Shown here: in pieces, positions 43,269 through 53,752 of the stretch | Layout of the letters: each line of letters opens with the position of its first letter | Position numbering within the stretch: position 1 is the stretch's first letter | Assembly (NCBI GenBank): GCA_963753595.1 | Contig: CAVWCX010000001.1 | Span: 128,001-192,000 of the forward strand | Direction of reading: 5' to 3' | DNA: 64,000 nt | From: Candidatus Methanoperedenaceae archaeon | GTDB lineage: Archaea > Halobacteriota > Methanosarcinia > Methanosarcinales > Methanoperedenaceae | Translations under genes and position numbers: made by a program | Notes under the pieces: model-generated | Database searches by the model: none | The model's input: only the letters and a program-made list of their open reading frames with translations | What the model was told of the DNA's origin: nothing

Positions 43269-44615
43269 TCACTTTATTTTCATTTTTTTTGCAGTTAAAA
43301 CAATAACTGATCCAAAGTTTGTATTATATTCTTTTTGTAGCCTAATTATTTTGTGAATTAGATTTCCAACGATTGATCTTCTTTTTTCCCTATGATAAAA
43401 GGCTCCGCCCCCTGACGCAAAAAAATGGAGGAATAATTGATAAAAATCATCGATCAACGGTGGTATTACAAAAAATCTCTCCTGACTAACAGAAGAAAAG
43501 TCAGCCTGTTTTAGACTGGAAATTATATCTGAGGGCTTAAGAGGGCTATATGGCCCAAAAAAGGAATATATCCCGGATTTTCTAATATCGTCATCAAATT
43601 TTATTTTAATTAATCTATGAATCAACCCATAAAGAGAATTCTTGGACCTGAAAACAATTATGAATCTACCATCATCATCGAGAACACGTTTGATCTCTGA
43701 AAATAGTTTATCGTAAGCCTGGGGCGGGATTCGTTCAAGTTTGAAAATACAAATCGCATTAGATATACTTTTGTCTTTTAATGGAATAAAATCATCATAA
43801 ATGAGCGGTTCGATTTTTCTATTAACAGCATATGATGTGAACAGTGATGTCTCACTTCCGAGGTTCAAACTAAAAATCTTAGTATCAGGATAATTATTAA
43901 GTAATGAGCCGTCATACGAAAATATATCCAGGATATTATCACCTTTTTCTCTTGAAAGTACATTTTGGATTAATTTTATTTCCATTTCATTGATAATGTC
44001 CATTCTTGTTCCAGGATCGGTTTTTCTACAATAACGTTCCTGGAAATCTCTCACTGAACTAAGCGTCCATTTATTGGCATCATGGGAGAATATTTCTTTG
44101 CTATGTTTGGAAAAATAATTTTGATGTACAATATCTTCAAGTGCTCTTCTTTTTGGAGGAGGTAGCTGTTTTTCAGGATATCCCAGCAATATGAAGGCCA
44201 CTATGAAAAGCTCATCTGGAATATTCAGTATTTGTTTGGCTTTTACCTCTTTTCCGAAGCTATTAAGGTACAGTGAACCAATCCCCAATGAAGTCGCCAT
44301 CAGGAGCATATTTTCAATAGCAACAGAAGCACTTTGTATCCCTTCTTTGACATTCCCTGAATGATAACACACAGCAATTGCAACAGGTGCTTTCAAAATA
44401 AGCTTTGAAGCACCAGCTTCCATGGTCAATCTTATTTTCAGATCATTATCCTTTATAATGATAAATTGCCATAACTGTTGATTGCAGGCAGAAGGTGCCC
44501 ATTGAGCACTTTCTAAAATCAAATTCAAACAATCATCAGGTATCTTTATGGGTAAAAAAGATCTTACACTTCTTCTGGTTTTAATTATATCGAATATTGG
44601 ATTTTCTACTGTAAT
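43269..44615 (-). CDS. Nitroreductase-family domain fused to a degenerate SAM-methyltransferase-like domain
   Basis: IKTRRSVRSF (upstream of the called TTG), WAPSACNQQLW, ENMLLMATSLGIGS, LGYP; ILDIFSYDG and EIKRVLDDDGRF. Confidence 0.8.
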   Translation of the reverse strand: MTVENPIFDIIKTRRSVRSFLPIKIPDDCLNLILESAQWAPSACNQQLWQFIIIKDNDLKIRLTMEAGASKLILKAPVAIAVCYHSGNVKEGIQSASVAIENMLLMATSLGIGSLYLNSFGKEVKAKQILNIPDELFIVAFILLGYPEKQLPPPKRRALEDIVHQNYFSKHSKEIFSHDANKWTLSSVRDFQERYCRKTDPGTRMDIINEMEIKLIQNVLSREKGDNILDIFSYDGSLLNNYPDTKIFSLNLGSETSLFTSYAVNRKIEPLIYDDFIPLKDKSISNAICIFKLERIPPQAYDKLFSEIKRVLDDDGRFIIVFRSKNSLYGLIHRLIKIKFDDDIRKSGIYSFFGPYSPLKPSDIISSLKQADFSSVSQERFFVIPPLIDDFYQLFLHFFASGGGAFYHREKRRSIVGNLIHKIIRLQKEYNTNFGSVIVLTAKKMKIK

Positions 44616-44696
44616 ATAAATACCTCAATAAATCTAAATTTATAATTGCTACAAATCTATCTATTGATAATCATAAGTATTAAATAGTTATTACTT

Positions 44697-46313
44697 ATGT
44701 TCAGAATTATGGTTTATGAGACTTATAGATTATTTATTCTTGAAAATACCCCTCGAATGTTAACTCAACTTGACCGGGATAATGATTCACCAACTTATGG
44801 CTCTTTTGACAGGGACTTCTGGCATTACAAGATAAGAGATTTTTCTTCAATAGTGCTGCAGCAGGGATGTCTTTCTTTAGCAAGGTTATACTTAAATAAT
44901 TTCCAAGATAATATTTATTTTAAGAATGAAAAAATATACAATTGGGCATCTGCTGCGGTAGGTTTTTGGGAACGTGCTCAGCTAAACGATGGTTCTTTTA
45001 ATGAATATTATCCTTTTGAGCATGGTTACCCGCCAACAGTATTTTCCCTCTATAGTGTAGCTGAGACCTGCAGGTTGCTCAATATTGTTAATCCTGATGT
45101 TACAGAGGCAATATTAAGATCGTGTAAATTCATTTCTAAGCCGAGAAGTCATGGCGCCTTGAATCAAGATATCGCGGCTATTGCCGCAATGTATAGCGCA
45201 TATCTCTTGACCCGGGAAAAATGGATACTCGATCAACTAAATGAGAATATCAAGAATGTATTATCCCTTCAAACCGTTGAGGGTTATTTTCCAGAATATG
45301 GGGGAGCTGATATTGGATATCTAAGTGTTTCTCTTGCGTGCCTGGCGCAATATTATTCATTAAGCGGCAATGAGAATGTGATCCCTCCATTGGAAAAGAT
45401 CCTTGATTTTATTCAGTATTTCGTCCATCCTGATGGAAGCATTGGGGGAGAATATGGCAGCAGGAATACTGAATATTTCATGCCAGATGGGCCTGAAATT
45501 CTCGCATCCAGAATTCCCCTTGCTGGTGCAATTGCAGATAAAATATTTAAACACCCACCAATATTTCATCATTCTATTGATGACCGTTATTTAAATCATT
45601 TTATATTACCATCTTATATCAATGCATTGATATTTTATAAAAAAAGAAATAACAATATTGGTCTGCCATATGAATCAAAATTCCACAAATATTTTAAAAA
45701 TGCCGATCTATTTATAAAAAGTTCTGAAAAGTATTATTCTATCCTTTGCGTATCGAAAGGTGGATTATTGAAAGTTTTTAAGAAGGATGAAAAAGGTAAA
45801 GAAGTTGCTTGTGATTGCGGTTATAGAATAAAAGGTGATGATAATATTTACGTGACAAACTGGGTCGATAGCAGCCAGGCTCTTAATATAGAAGATAATC
45901 GCATCAAGATAAATGGTCACTTTTACCAGGCCAGATTTTTTGAATCTACGCCTTTCAAGCATATCGGATTACGAATTGCATCTTTTTCAATGGGACATCG
46001 ATTAATACCGATGTTGAAAGATCAATTAATTAAGGGAAATAAGAAAACTGACATCCTTTTTAACAGGGAAGTTATATTTAAAGACGATTCCATAGAAATC
46101 AATGATTCTATAGCTTCACAAAAGCAAATAAAAGAATTATCCTTTGCAGATCGTTATTCTCTAAGATACGTTCCTTCATCCAGATTTTTTAATCAAAATG
46201 AATTGAAACCTCATTTGTCAAAAACATTTAAGAATTTTAATGAAATTGAAATAAATAAAATTATCGATCTAAACACTGAAAATGTAAATTTTTCATTTAA
46301 ACTAAAAAAATAA
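44697..46313 (+). CDS. Hypothetical alpha/alpha-toroid (heparinase II/III-like) protein of glycan loci
   Basis: QLNDGSFNEY, EGYFPEYGGADIGY, HPDGSIGGEYGSRNT repeats. Confidence 0.6.
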   Translation: MFRIMVYETYRLFILENTPRMLTQLDRDNDSPTYGSFDRDFWHYKIRDFSSIVLQQGCLSLARLYLNNFQDNIYFKNEKIYNWASAAVGFWERAQLNDGSFNEYYPFEHGYPPTVFSLYSVAETCRLLNIVNPDVTEAILRSCKFISKPRSHGALNQDIAAIAAMYSAYLLTREKWILDQLNENIKNVLSLQTVEGYFPEYGGADIGYLSVSLACLAQYYSLSGNENVIPPLEKILDFIQYFVHPDGSIGGEYGSRNTEYFMPDGPEILASRIPLAGAIADKIFKHPPIFHHSIDDRYLNHFILPSYINALIFYKKRNNNIGLPYESKFHKYFKNADLFIKSSEKYYSILCVSKGGLLKVFKKDEKGKEVACDCGYRIKGDDNIYVTNWVDSSQALNIEDNRIKINGHFYQARFFESTPFKHIGLRIASFSMGHRLIPMLKDQLIKGNKKTDILFNREVIFKDDSIEINDSIASQKQIKELSFADRYSLRYVPSSRFFNQNELKPHLSKTFKNFNEIEINKIIDLNTENVNFSFKLKK

Positions 46314-46340
46314 TCCAAGAATAATAACTTAAAAATTCTT

Positions 46341-47255
46341 TTAGGATTCTGTGTTTTTCTTTTCTTTTCCTGATCTTAAGATGAATAAATATCCAATTAA
46401 GCCGGGAAATAAAGTGATCATTAAAAAAAGTAATGTTGAAAAAGAAAATCCAATCTCTGCATTTTCACCCAATGCCTTGAAACTCATAATGGCAATATAT
46501 TCCCTTAATCCAAGCCCGGATATAGTGATCGGAATATTCCCAATGAGCACAATTATTAGCCATGTGAATGCGATGTATGGATTTGCTCCATTGCTCAAAG
46601 CTTTTAGTATTATTACTGCTAGAATTATGTTTATTAAATAATAGCATATCGATAAGATAATAAGTTTAGATAAAAGTCGAATATCGCTCTTAATAATATG
46701 AATAGTGTCTATAAATTGTTTTGAAGAACTGATTTTCAAATTCATTAAACTTAGCAAAAAAGATATTATTTTTTTATTTAAAAAAATAGCACTTAAAACA
46801 ATAAAAATAAATAATGAAAAAACGGCTGCTAAATACAACTTATTATCTTTAAAAAGAAATAATATGGATAATATACTTAATATGATCAACACAAAAATAT
46901 CAATAACTTTATCCCAGATAATTGTTGGAATAGTTTTTGATTTTTCAGAGTCCAAATAATACGCCCTTGCCACTTCACCCGCTTTTCCAGGTGTAATCAT
47001 TCCATAAAAATTGCCTATCAATAAAATCCTAAACAGTTTAAAAAAATCATGCTGAATCCCTACCGAACGCAGTAAAGTATCCCATTTTATTACTCTGATC
47101 GAATATAATAGTGGAACAAAGAGTAAACTGAGGAGTATTAAAAATATGTTACTGTTAATCATTACTTCATACACTTTGGAAAAGTCCAGCTTAAGGAGCA
47201 CAAAAGAAAACAGCAATATAGTTGCTAAAACTTTCAAAATAAATTTTTTATTCAT
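46341..47255 (-). CDS. Lysylphosphatidylglycerol-synthase TM / flippase-like membrane protein (UPF0104)
   Basis: R..KW..LL, TPGKAGEVARAY, PITISGLGLRE. Confidence 0.85.
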   Translation of the reverse strand: MNKKFILKVLATILLFSFVLLKLDFSKVYEVMINSNIFLILLSLLFVPLLYSIRVIKWDTLLRSVGIQHDFFKLFRILLIGNFYGMITPGKAGEVARAYYLDSEKSKTIPTIIWDKVIDIFVLIILSILSILFLFKDNKLYLAAVFSLFIFIVLSAIFLNKKIISFLLSLMNLKISSSKQFIDTIHIIKSDIRLLSKLIILSICYYLINIILAVIILKALSNGANPYIAFTWLIIVLIGNIPITISGLGLREYIAIMSFKALGENAEIGFSFSTLLFLMITLFPGLIGYLFILRSGKEKKNTES

Positions 47256-47274
47256 TGATACGTAATTTATGTTT

Positions 47275-48153
47275 TCATTTCTTCATCATATCAGCCATTA
47301 ATGCCATAAAGATCATCTGTACGCCTACGATAATTAACAAAGAAGTCAATATAACCGCGGGAGTATGACCAATAAATCCAACTAAAGCGTATTTATAAAC
47401 GAATGCAGATCCAAATATAATGCCTGTTATGATAAAAATTAGGCCGGGGATACCGAAAAAACTCAAAGGATCATAATCCCTGATTGTCCTGAGGATTATT
47501 ATCCATGCACGCCAGGCATACGAAAGCGGGCCAGACATCAGGCGTGAATCTCCAGCGCTTCTTTGATAAAAATTTATAGGAACATTTGCTATTCTCCATC
47601 CTTCCCTTGATGCTTTTACGATCATCTCCTGAGTATAAGTAAAATCTCCATGTATCTTGAGTGTCTCAAAAACTTCTTTCCGGGTTGCCCGGAAACCTGT
47701 CTGACCGTCTCTTATATCAGCGCCAGTCAGCCTGCGAAGCAGCCATGTGAAAGCTTTATTTCCCTGTTTTTTCATCCAGGGCATCTCATATTTCAGGTTC
47801 TCAAGCCTTGAACCAAGGACAAGGTCGGCTTTGTTCTCAAGAATTGGTTGAATGAGTTTTGGTATTTCTTTCGGGTCGTACTGCCCGTCTGCGTCTATCT
47901 GGACTATGACATCGGCGCCGCGCTTGATGGCTTCATCGTAGCCTCGCTGGATGGTCCTGCCCAGACCGCGGTTCACGATGTTGTCTATGACGGTTGCGCC
48001 GGCGTTTTTAGAATTTTCAGCTGTCTTGTCTGTACTTCCATCATTTATTACCAGTACCTCATCTACAAACCGACGGGTATTCTTAATAACGCTTTCAATT
48101 GTCGATTCTTCATTATATGATGGTATTATTGCTATACTTTTCATAATTTTCAT
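47275..48153 (-). CDS. GT2 polyprenol-phosphate glycosyltransferase (DPM-synthase-like)
   Basis: IPSYNEE, NDGSTD, IDADGQY, GSR, DGQTGFR; two C-terminal TM helices. Confidence 0.9.
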   Translation of the reverse strand: MKIMKSIAIIPSYNEESTIESVIKNTRRFVDEVLVINDGSTDKTAENSKNAGATVIDNIVNRGLGRTIQRGYDEAIKRGADVIVQIDADGQYDPKEIPKLIQPILENKADLVLGSRLENLKYEMPWMKKQGNKAFTWLLRRLTGADIRDGQTGFRATRKEVFETLKIHGDFTYTQEMIVKASREGWRIANVPINFYQRSAGDSRLMSGPLSYAWRAWIIILRTIRDYDPLSFFGIPGLIFIITGIIFGSAFVYKYALVGFIGHTPAVILTSLLIIVGVQMIFMALMADMMKK

Positions 48154-49526
48154 TCGTTCTGCTGGATTTCCCAGCGACCTCCTTTACTTGATCCCTTCCA
48201 TGAAATTATGCCTTCATTGGTCAGTTTTCTTATATGATACTTTACCCCGTCTAACGTTATATTCAATTGCCCTGCAATTTCTTCCTTTGTAATACTTGTA
48301 TCTTGCCTTATGAGAAGCAAAATCTTATCCCGGGTTTTGGGGGTAGTTTTGGGGGTAGTTTTGGGGGTAGTTTTGGGGGTAGTTTTGGGGGTAGTGCCTT
48401 CCTCTGTTCTATAAAATACCACTAAAAATCCCGTCTTAAGGTCTTTGAATTCAACCTTCACGTTACCAGCTTTGCACTCTTCATAAATCCTTTTCAGCCC
48501 GGAACCCCATCGCTCAATTTCTTTTGATTTATATAAGATTTCAGCGACTAAAGGATTTCTCAGGACAGATTGCTCGTCGCCAGAAATGAAATCATCGGGA
48601 GTGAGGCCTTCTGGAAATGTTCCAGGATTCCATATTTCCACGCGGTTCTTGAATATTGAAATTTTGTTGCTCTCAGGAGCATAATAATCCCTGTGGCAGA
48701 AAGAATTAACCAGTGCTTCCCTGATTGCCTTTACAGGGATTTCGGGTATCTCTTCCCTTTTGATCCTCCCAATTTCCGCCCTCCAGTTAATGCGCTCGCT
48801 TATATATTCCTCCGATTTTTCCAGCAGGGAAAATATTGTCCCTCTGAATTCCCTTATGTCAAGAAAAGTGACCCTGTCCGTGCCTGCAAACACAGCAGCC
48901 TGGACTTCGATGGTATTTTCATTGCAGAATAACACTTCTGCGGCTTTCAGAAGTCTGCCCTCTTTTACAAGGTTCAGTTTTTTCAGTATATTGTCGGCAT
49001 TATCAAAAACAAAGTCTATCCTACCTGCAGTATTAGCCCGCTTAACATAATCCCTGACTGCACTCTCATCGATTTTGTCGAATCCAAATTCCGAATACTC
49101 TGACTCCCATTTTATCCTGTCAATATTCTTTTTTAGTATAAGTCTCTCGATTTCTTTAGCGCTCAGTTGCCTGTCTTCATCACTTACCCTGATATATGCT
49201 CTTCCAAATGCAAAATAAGGGATGTTGCTTCCTTGAAATTGCACTTCCACACAGGACTTTTCTTCTATATTGACCTTATTTATTTCAGGATATATTTTTG
49301 GTTCAATGCTCTCGGATATTGATTTTGAGATGTCTCTCAATGTTTTTTCACTTATTTCCTGGCCTGTTACCGTTCCATCATTTTTTATTCCGAAATATAG
49401 AGTTCCTTTCTGGTGCTTGTTCAGGATCGCCGCTATCGAGATGATTCCCTCTTTTAATTCCGAGGTTGATTTTTTAAATTCCAGGGTCTCTGATTCTTCA
49501 TCAGAAGTTAATTTTTTAATGAACAT
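48150..49526 (-). CDS. AlbA_2 (Schlafen-like) + HATPase_c_4 + HTH protein
   Basis: ESETLEFKKS, GTLYFGIKNDG, REALVNSFCHRDY, LRNPLVA, IERWGSG, C-terminal HTH GSSKGGRW. Confidence 0.85.
   Translation of the reverse strand: MFIKKLTSDEESETLEFKKSTSELKEGIISIAAILNKHQKGTLYFGIKNDGTVTGQEISEKTLRDISKSISESIEPKIYPEINKVNIEEKSCVEVQFQGSNIPYFAFGRAYIRVSDEDRQLSAKEIERLILKKNIDRIKWESEYSEFGFDKIDESAVRDYVKRANTAGRIDFVFDNADNILKKLNLVKEGRLLKAAEVLFCNENTIEVQAAVFAGTDRVTFLDIREFRGTIFSLLEKSEEYISERINWRAEIGRIKREEIPEIPVKAIREALVNSFCHRDYYAPESNKISIFKNRVEIWNPGTFPEGLTPDDFISGDEQSVLRNPLVAEILYKSKEIERWGSGLKRIYEECKAGNVKVEFKDLKTGFLVVFYRTEEGTTPKTTPKTTPKTTPKTTPKTRDKILLLIRQDTSITKEEIAGQLNITLDGVKYHIRKLTNEGIISWKGSSKGGRWEIQQNE
48336..48395 (-). repeat. 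Five perfect 12-bp repeats (ACTACCCCCAAA; TTPK x5) in the linker before the HTH
   Basis: Read directly. Confidence 0.95.
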
Positions 49527-49529
49527 ATG

Positions 49530-49764
49530 TCTGAATCCCTGAGCCTTATGGCTTCCTTGTAACCGCGCTGGATAGTCCTACTAAGACACGGTTGACGATG
49601 TTGTCTATAACGGTTGCGCCGACTTTTTTGGCGACATCAGATGTGTCATCTGTGCTGCCGTCGCTGATCACGAGGATCTCATCTACGAAGCGGGCTGTGG
49701 CTTTGATCACATCTCCGATGGTTGATTCTTCGTTATAGGCTGGGATTATGGCTATGGTTTTCAT
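49530..49764 (-). pseudogene. Truncated, frameshifted duplicate of the GT2 5' end
   Basis: MKTIAIIPAYNEESTI...VIDNIVNR then, in a shifted frame, LSRTIQRGYKEAI, matching ORF 47275-48153. Confidence 0.85.
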
Positions 49765-50015
49765 TTTTATCTTTATTGAGTCAGGATATTATATAATACT
49801 TCATATGAACTTTTTGTGGTCTTGTTGTTAATCTCGCAGGAGGGTCTTGCCAAGAACCGACGTTGACGGTGTTGTTGATGGGAATTGAGTCAACATTCCT
49901 TGTTTCTTAGTGCTTTCTGTACTTCCAAAAATGCCGATATTTTTGGCAATGCAAAGAATGTTTCTTGATAAAGATATATAAGAAATAACGTACGTAAACA
50001 TTGCTTGTTCAATAT

Positions 50016-51908
50016 ATGGATACCATATTAACCTTAAAACTTGTTATTAGCACTATTTTAGTACTCTTTTTGCCGGGTTATTTTCTATATAGTATGTTTT
50101 TAAGAAAATTGAATCTGGATTTTTTCCAGCGTTTGATCATATCACCTGGTCTGAGCTTAGCGTTCATACCTCTTCTTACATATTATTTTACCCTGATCGG
50201 AATAAAATTGAATACTTTTTTAATATTATTAATATTTTTAATTTTTGCAGCCATAATTTTATTGAAATACATTCCGGAACATAAGAAAAATAATGGGACT
50301 TTTTTTGATTTTAAAAAATTCAAAAATTCTTTCGAAAAATTTGAATTGTTATCCTATCTCATATTGTTTGCTATATTGTTAATCTCTTTATTTGTCCGGT
50401 TGATCCCGGTTATAGGTGTGCTTGTAGGGCCGGGAAGCGACAGCAATCATCATACATTGATAGTACAGTTAATCATTGAAAATGGAGGAATCCCGCAATC
50501 TTATGAACCGTATGCTCAACTTAGCTCTTTTACTTATCATTTTGGATTCCACAGTATAGTTGCATTCATTTACTGGGTATCGGGATTTGACGTTGCAAAG
50601 CTCGTTCTGTACACAGGACAGATCTTAAATGCCTTTGCAATACTTCCGGTTTTCATATTTGTGGACAGGCTATTTAAAAACCGGAAAATGGCATTAATAA
50701 GTTCTTTTATAGTGGGATTGATATCGGTATTTCCTGCCTATTTGATAAACTGGGGAAGATTTACTTCATTAACAGGAATGATTATTCTTCCGATAGCTTT
50801 TCTTCTGGTGATAGAATCTATCAAACTGGAAAAGAGGGATATTAAGATATTGATCTTATCTGGCCTGGTCTTATCAGGGCTTTTTGTAACTCACTACCGT
50901 ATCATTATCGCTGCTCTATGTTTCTTGATGGTTTATATTTTATATGAACTATATTCAAATAGAACGGATTTAAAAATACAAAAAGAGATAATATTTAGAT
51001 GTGCAGTTATTGGTATTACATCGGTCATCCTGCTGCTTCCATGGTTTATTCATCTTTTGAATAATAGCCGGATATTATCTGAATGGGTCAATACAGCCAA
51101 TTACTATTCTCTGGGAAGGATCGGAAGTGCCGGAAGTTACTACTCTAATACCCTTTTACTGGTTCTTTCTTTAAGCGGGGCATTCGTGGGAATTTTAAAG
51201 AGAAATAAATATATTATCATAATTTCTTTATGGGTTTCAATATTAATTGCCTTTTCGAATCCTTATTGGATAAAATTACCAGGTTCAGGCCGCCTTGATC
51301 TTGTGACCGTAGTGACGATGTTGTTTTTTCCTGTATCTGTGACCTGCAGCTATTGTATAATATATATATCAGATAAAATTAAACTAACAAAATCAAGGTG
51401 TTTGATCGTTTTATCTATAACCCTCCTGGTTTTAATTCCATTTTCTGCTATTAAAATGGCTGGATTATTTGAACCGGAAAGCGTTTTTGTAAAAAATGGC
51501 GATATTGTAGCAATGACCTGGATCAAGTCCAATACTTCGGAGGATGCAGTTTTCTTAATAGATTCGATTGACTTTGACTGGAACCGCGATTTTATAATGG
51601 GGATAGACGGCGGATCATGGATCCCTCTATTCACAGGCAGGAAAGTGATCATACCACCAATGGTTTTTGCTACAGAAACAGCATATGAAAATAATTATAC
51701 TGAAAAAGTAAAAGCAATATCCAAAGCATCGGAATTAATAAATACAGAATCTGCGGTAAAATTCTTAGTGGAAAATAATGTCACTTATGTTTATTTCGGG
51801 GGAAAAAATTGGGGGAAATTGCAATTACAGAATTTGCAGGATAATCAGTATCTTGAGCCTGTTTATAGCAAAGATGGGGTATGGATTTTCAAGATCGGCC
51901 ACAGATGA
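50016..51908 (+). CDS. Polytopic membrane protein, possible GT-C-fold glycosyltransferase
   Basis: >12 TM helices; DSNHH and YHFGFH loop; C-terminal AMTWIKSNT...NVTYVYFG domain. Confidence 0.65.
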   Translation: MDTILTLKLVISTILVLFLPGYFLYSMFLRKLNLDFFQRLIISPGLSLAFIPLLTYYFTLIGIKLNTFLILLIFLIFAAIILLKYIPEHKKNNGTFFDFKKFKNSFEKFELLSYLILFAILLISLFVRLIPVIGVLVGPGSDSNHHTLIVQLIIENGGIPQSYEPYAQLSSFTYHFGFHSIVAFIYWVSGFDVAKLVLYTGQILNAFAILPVFIFVDRLFKNRKMALISSFIVGLISVFPAYLINWGRFTSLTGMIILPIAFLLVIESIKLEKRDIKILILSGLVLSGLFVTHYRIIIAALCFLMVYILYELYSNRTDLKIQKEIIFRCAVIGITSVILLLPWFIHLLNNSRILSEWVNTANYYSLGRIGSAGSYYSNTLLLVLSLSGAFVGILKRNKYIIIISLWVSILIAFSNPYWIKLPGSGRLDLVTVVTMLFFPVSVTCSYCIIYISDKIKLTKSRCLIVLSITLLVLIPFSAIKMAGLFEPESVFVKNGDIVAMTWIKSNTSEDAVFLIDSIDFDWNRDFIMGIDGGSWIPLFTGRKVIIPPMVFATETAYENNYTEKVKAISKASELINTESAVKFLVENNVTYVYFGGKNWGKLQLQNLQDNQYLEPVYSKDGVWIFKIGHR

Positions 51909-52033
51909 ACTTCAGACTGAAATACAGATTAAATAAAAATATTTAATATAATAATTTTAAAAGTCATATTATTCAGAAATACAAAAACAATATTCAAGGT
52001 ATAAGCAAATAAATCCCATAACAACCGGCGGCT

Positions 52034-52157
52034 CAGTACCGATGTAATTAAAAAATTGTTTTCTGACAGGATGAACAGGATCGACAGGATACGATTGTAA
52101 TGAAAGATTCCTGTAAATCCTGTCGATCCGGTTAAAAAAAAGTAATGTCTCTTTGAA
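52034..52157. repeat. Palindromic interspersed repeat, copy 1 (ACAGGAT x3 at 9-nt period, then inverted ATCCTGT-like x3)
   Basis: Homologous to 54060-54161 and 62210-62330. Confidence 0.85.
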
Positions 52158-52252
52158 TATGTTAGTCAGTTTTATTTATCAACAAAATCTATATTAACCT
52201 ATGATTATACATGATTTAATGTTAATCTATTCCTATATTGGAAGGTAAGAAA

Positions 52253-52462
52253 ATGGAAGTATCAAAGAAATATCAAAAAGAAATTATTAACGAAATTAAA
52301 GATCTTTCTGAAGAACAAATGGTATATGTCATGAAAATCATCAAATTAATTAAAGAATCAATTAATCGTCAGAAAGAATATGATTTTGAAATCAAATCAG
52401 AACTTAAGGAGTGGGATTCTTTAAGTGATGAAGCATTGATTAATTTCGAGAGTAATTTATAA
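52253..52462 (+). CDS. Putative antitoxin
   Basis: Small acidic-tail protein translationally coupled to a PemK/MazF-like gene. Confidence 0.6.
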   Translation: MEVSKKYQKEIINEIKDLSEEQMVYVMKIIKLIKESINRQKEYDFEIKSELKEWDSLSDEALINFESNL

Positions 52463-52686
52463 TGCAAGAAGGAGATATTTATTTTGTTGAAATCCCTGCT
52501 TCGAATGGGCATGAACAAGCCGGTCCAAGACCTGCAATTATTATTCAATCAAGTGGAATAGAAAAGCTTCCGACTGTTTTAGTTATCCCTCTTACTTCGA
52601 AGATCAAAGCAATTGAATTCGGAAAGATATCTTTGAATAAATTAAAACTTATCAAGAATAAAATATGCGATCTTATGGGGATGTAA
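52462..52686 (+). pseudogene. mazF: PemK/MazF-family toxin, internally deleted
   Basis: GDIYFV...GHEQAGPRPAIII...VIPLTS; only 74 aa, central segment missing. Confidence 0.75.
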
Positions 52687-52819
52687 CTTCTGAATAGACT
52701 GCCATTGTGACGCAATGATATTAAACAAAAAAAATAGCTCTGGTTTTTTGAATTCACAGATTTGCAGGATACAAAACCACATTCTGGCGCATATATCTTT
52801 CATAAAAAACAACCCCTGC

Positions 52820-52968
52820 GCTCTAATTGGCATGCATGAAATGTCTGATTACTGGCGGCTCAGGTTAAAATATGTTCAAAACCACCATTGAGTTCACAAA
52901 AATCTTTGGGCTACCGCTTTCAATGGGCATCTCGCTGGTAGATTCTTTTAGGATGGCTTCAGTAACTC
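52820..52968. repeat. ~150-bp direct repeat, copy 1 (copy 2 at 54199-54346)
   Basis: GCTCTAATTGGCATG...TTCAAAACCACCATTGAGTTCA.AAAAATCTTTGGGCTAC shared. Confidence 0.85.
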
Positions 52969-53087
52969 TTATATTAGTTGGAATATATATTAAAGAATAA
53001 ACCAAATACAAAGGTAATCTATATATGGGAAAGTTCATAGATATGATTATCTTATAAGATACAACAATATAAAATGGAGTATAATTA

Positions 53088-53345
53088 ATGGAAACAAAGT
53101 CTAAACAGGAGGAAGCAGTTTTAAGAGAAATTAGGGATCTACCTGAAATAATACAGGAAAAGATATTGAAGATAATCCATTTTTTCAGATCTGAAATTAT
53201 CGAAAGTAGATCTTCCGAGGAAAAAGCAACTGCTGAATTTTTATCTGTTTGTGGCACATGGGAAGACAATAGATCAGTTGAAAAGCAAATAGAAGATATT
53301 TATTCCAGCAGAAAGTCTACCAGCAGAACGGAGAAAATGTTTTGA
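53088..53345 (+). CDS. Antitoxin (DUF2281/VapB-like)
   Basis: EIRDLPE, CGTWEDNRS; overlaps the PIN gene. Confidence 0.75.
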   Translation: METKSKQEEAVLREIRDLPEIIQEKILKIIHFFRSEIIESRSSEEKATAEFLSVCGTWEDNRSVEKQIEDIYSSRKSTSRTEKMF

Positions 53346-53752
53346 AATTCTTATTGGATACTAATATTTGCATATATCTTTTAAATGGAAATGAAATATT
53401 GAAAAAGAAAATAGGCGAAATTGGTATTTATTCTCTTTCTATATCAAATGCAACTCTTGCAGAACTATATTTTGGAGCATATAATTCCCGGAATGTAAGT
53501 GCCAATATAAGAAGAATTGAAACTTTCAAAAAGAATTTGATAATCTATTCAGACAGTGATGCTTCTGCAGAAGCATTTGGACGATTTAAATCAAAATTAA
53601 AGGCGCAGGGGGAGATCATTGAAGATTTTGATATTTTGATTGCCAGTATTGCATATGCAAATGAATGCATTCTTGTCACTAACAATCCGATTCATTTTGA
53701 AAGAATAGATGAAATAAAGATTGAAAACTGGATGGAAAAGGATAGAAGTTGA
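53342..53752 (+). CDS. vapC: VapC PIN-domain toxin
   Basis: LLDTNICI, AELYFG, DILIASIA, LVTNN..HFERI. Confidence 0.9.
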   Translation: MKFLLDTNICIYLLNGNEILKKKIGEIGIYSLSISNATLAELYFGAYNSRNVSANIRRIETFKKNLIIYSDSDASAEAFGRFKSKLKAQGEIIEDFDILIASIAYANECILVTNNPIHFERIDEIKIENWMEKDRS

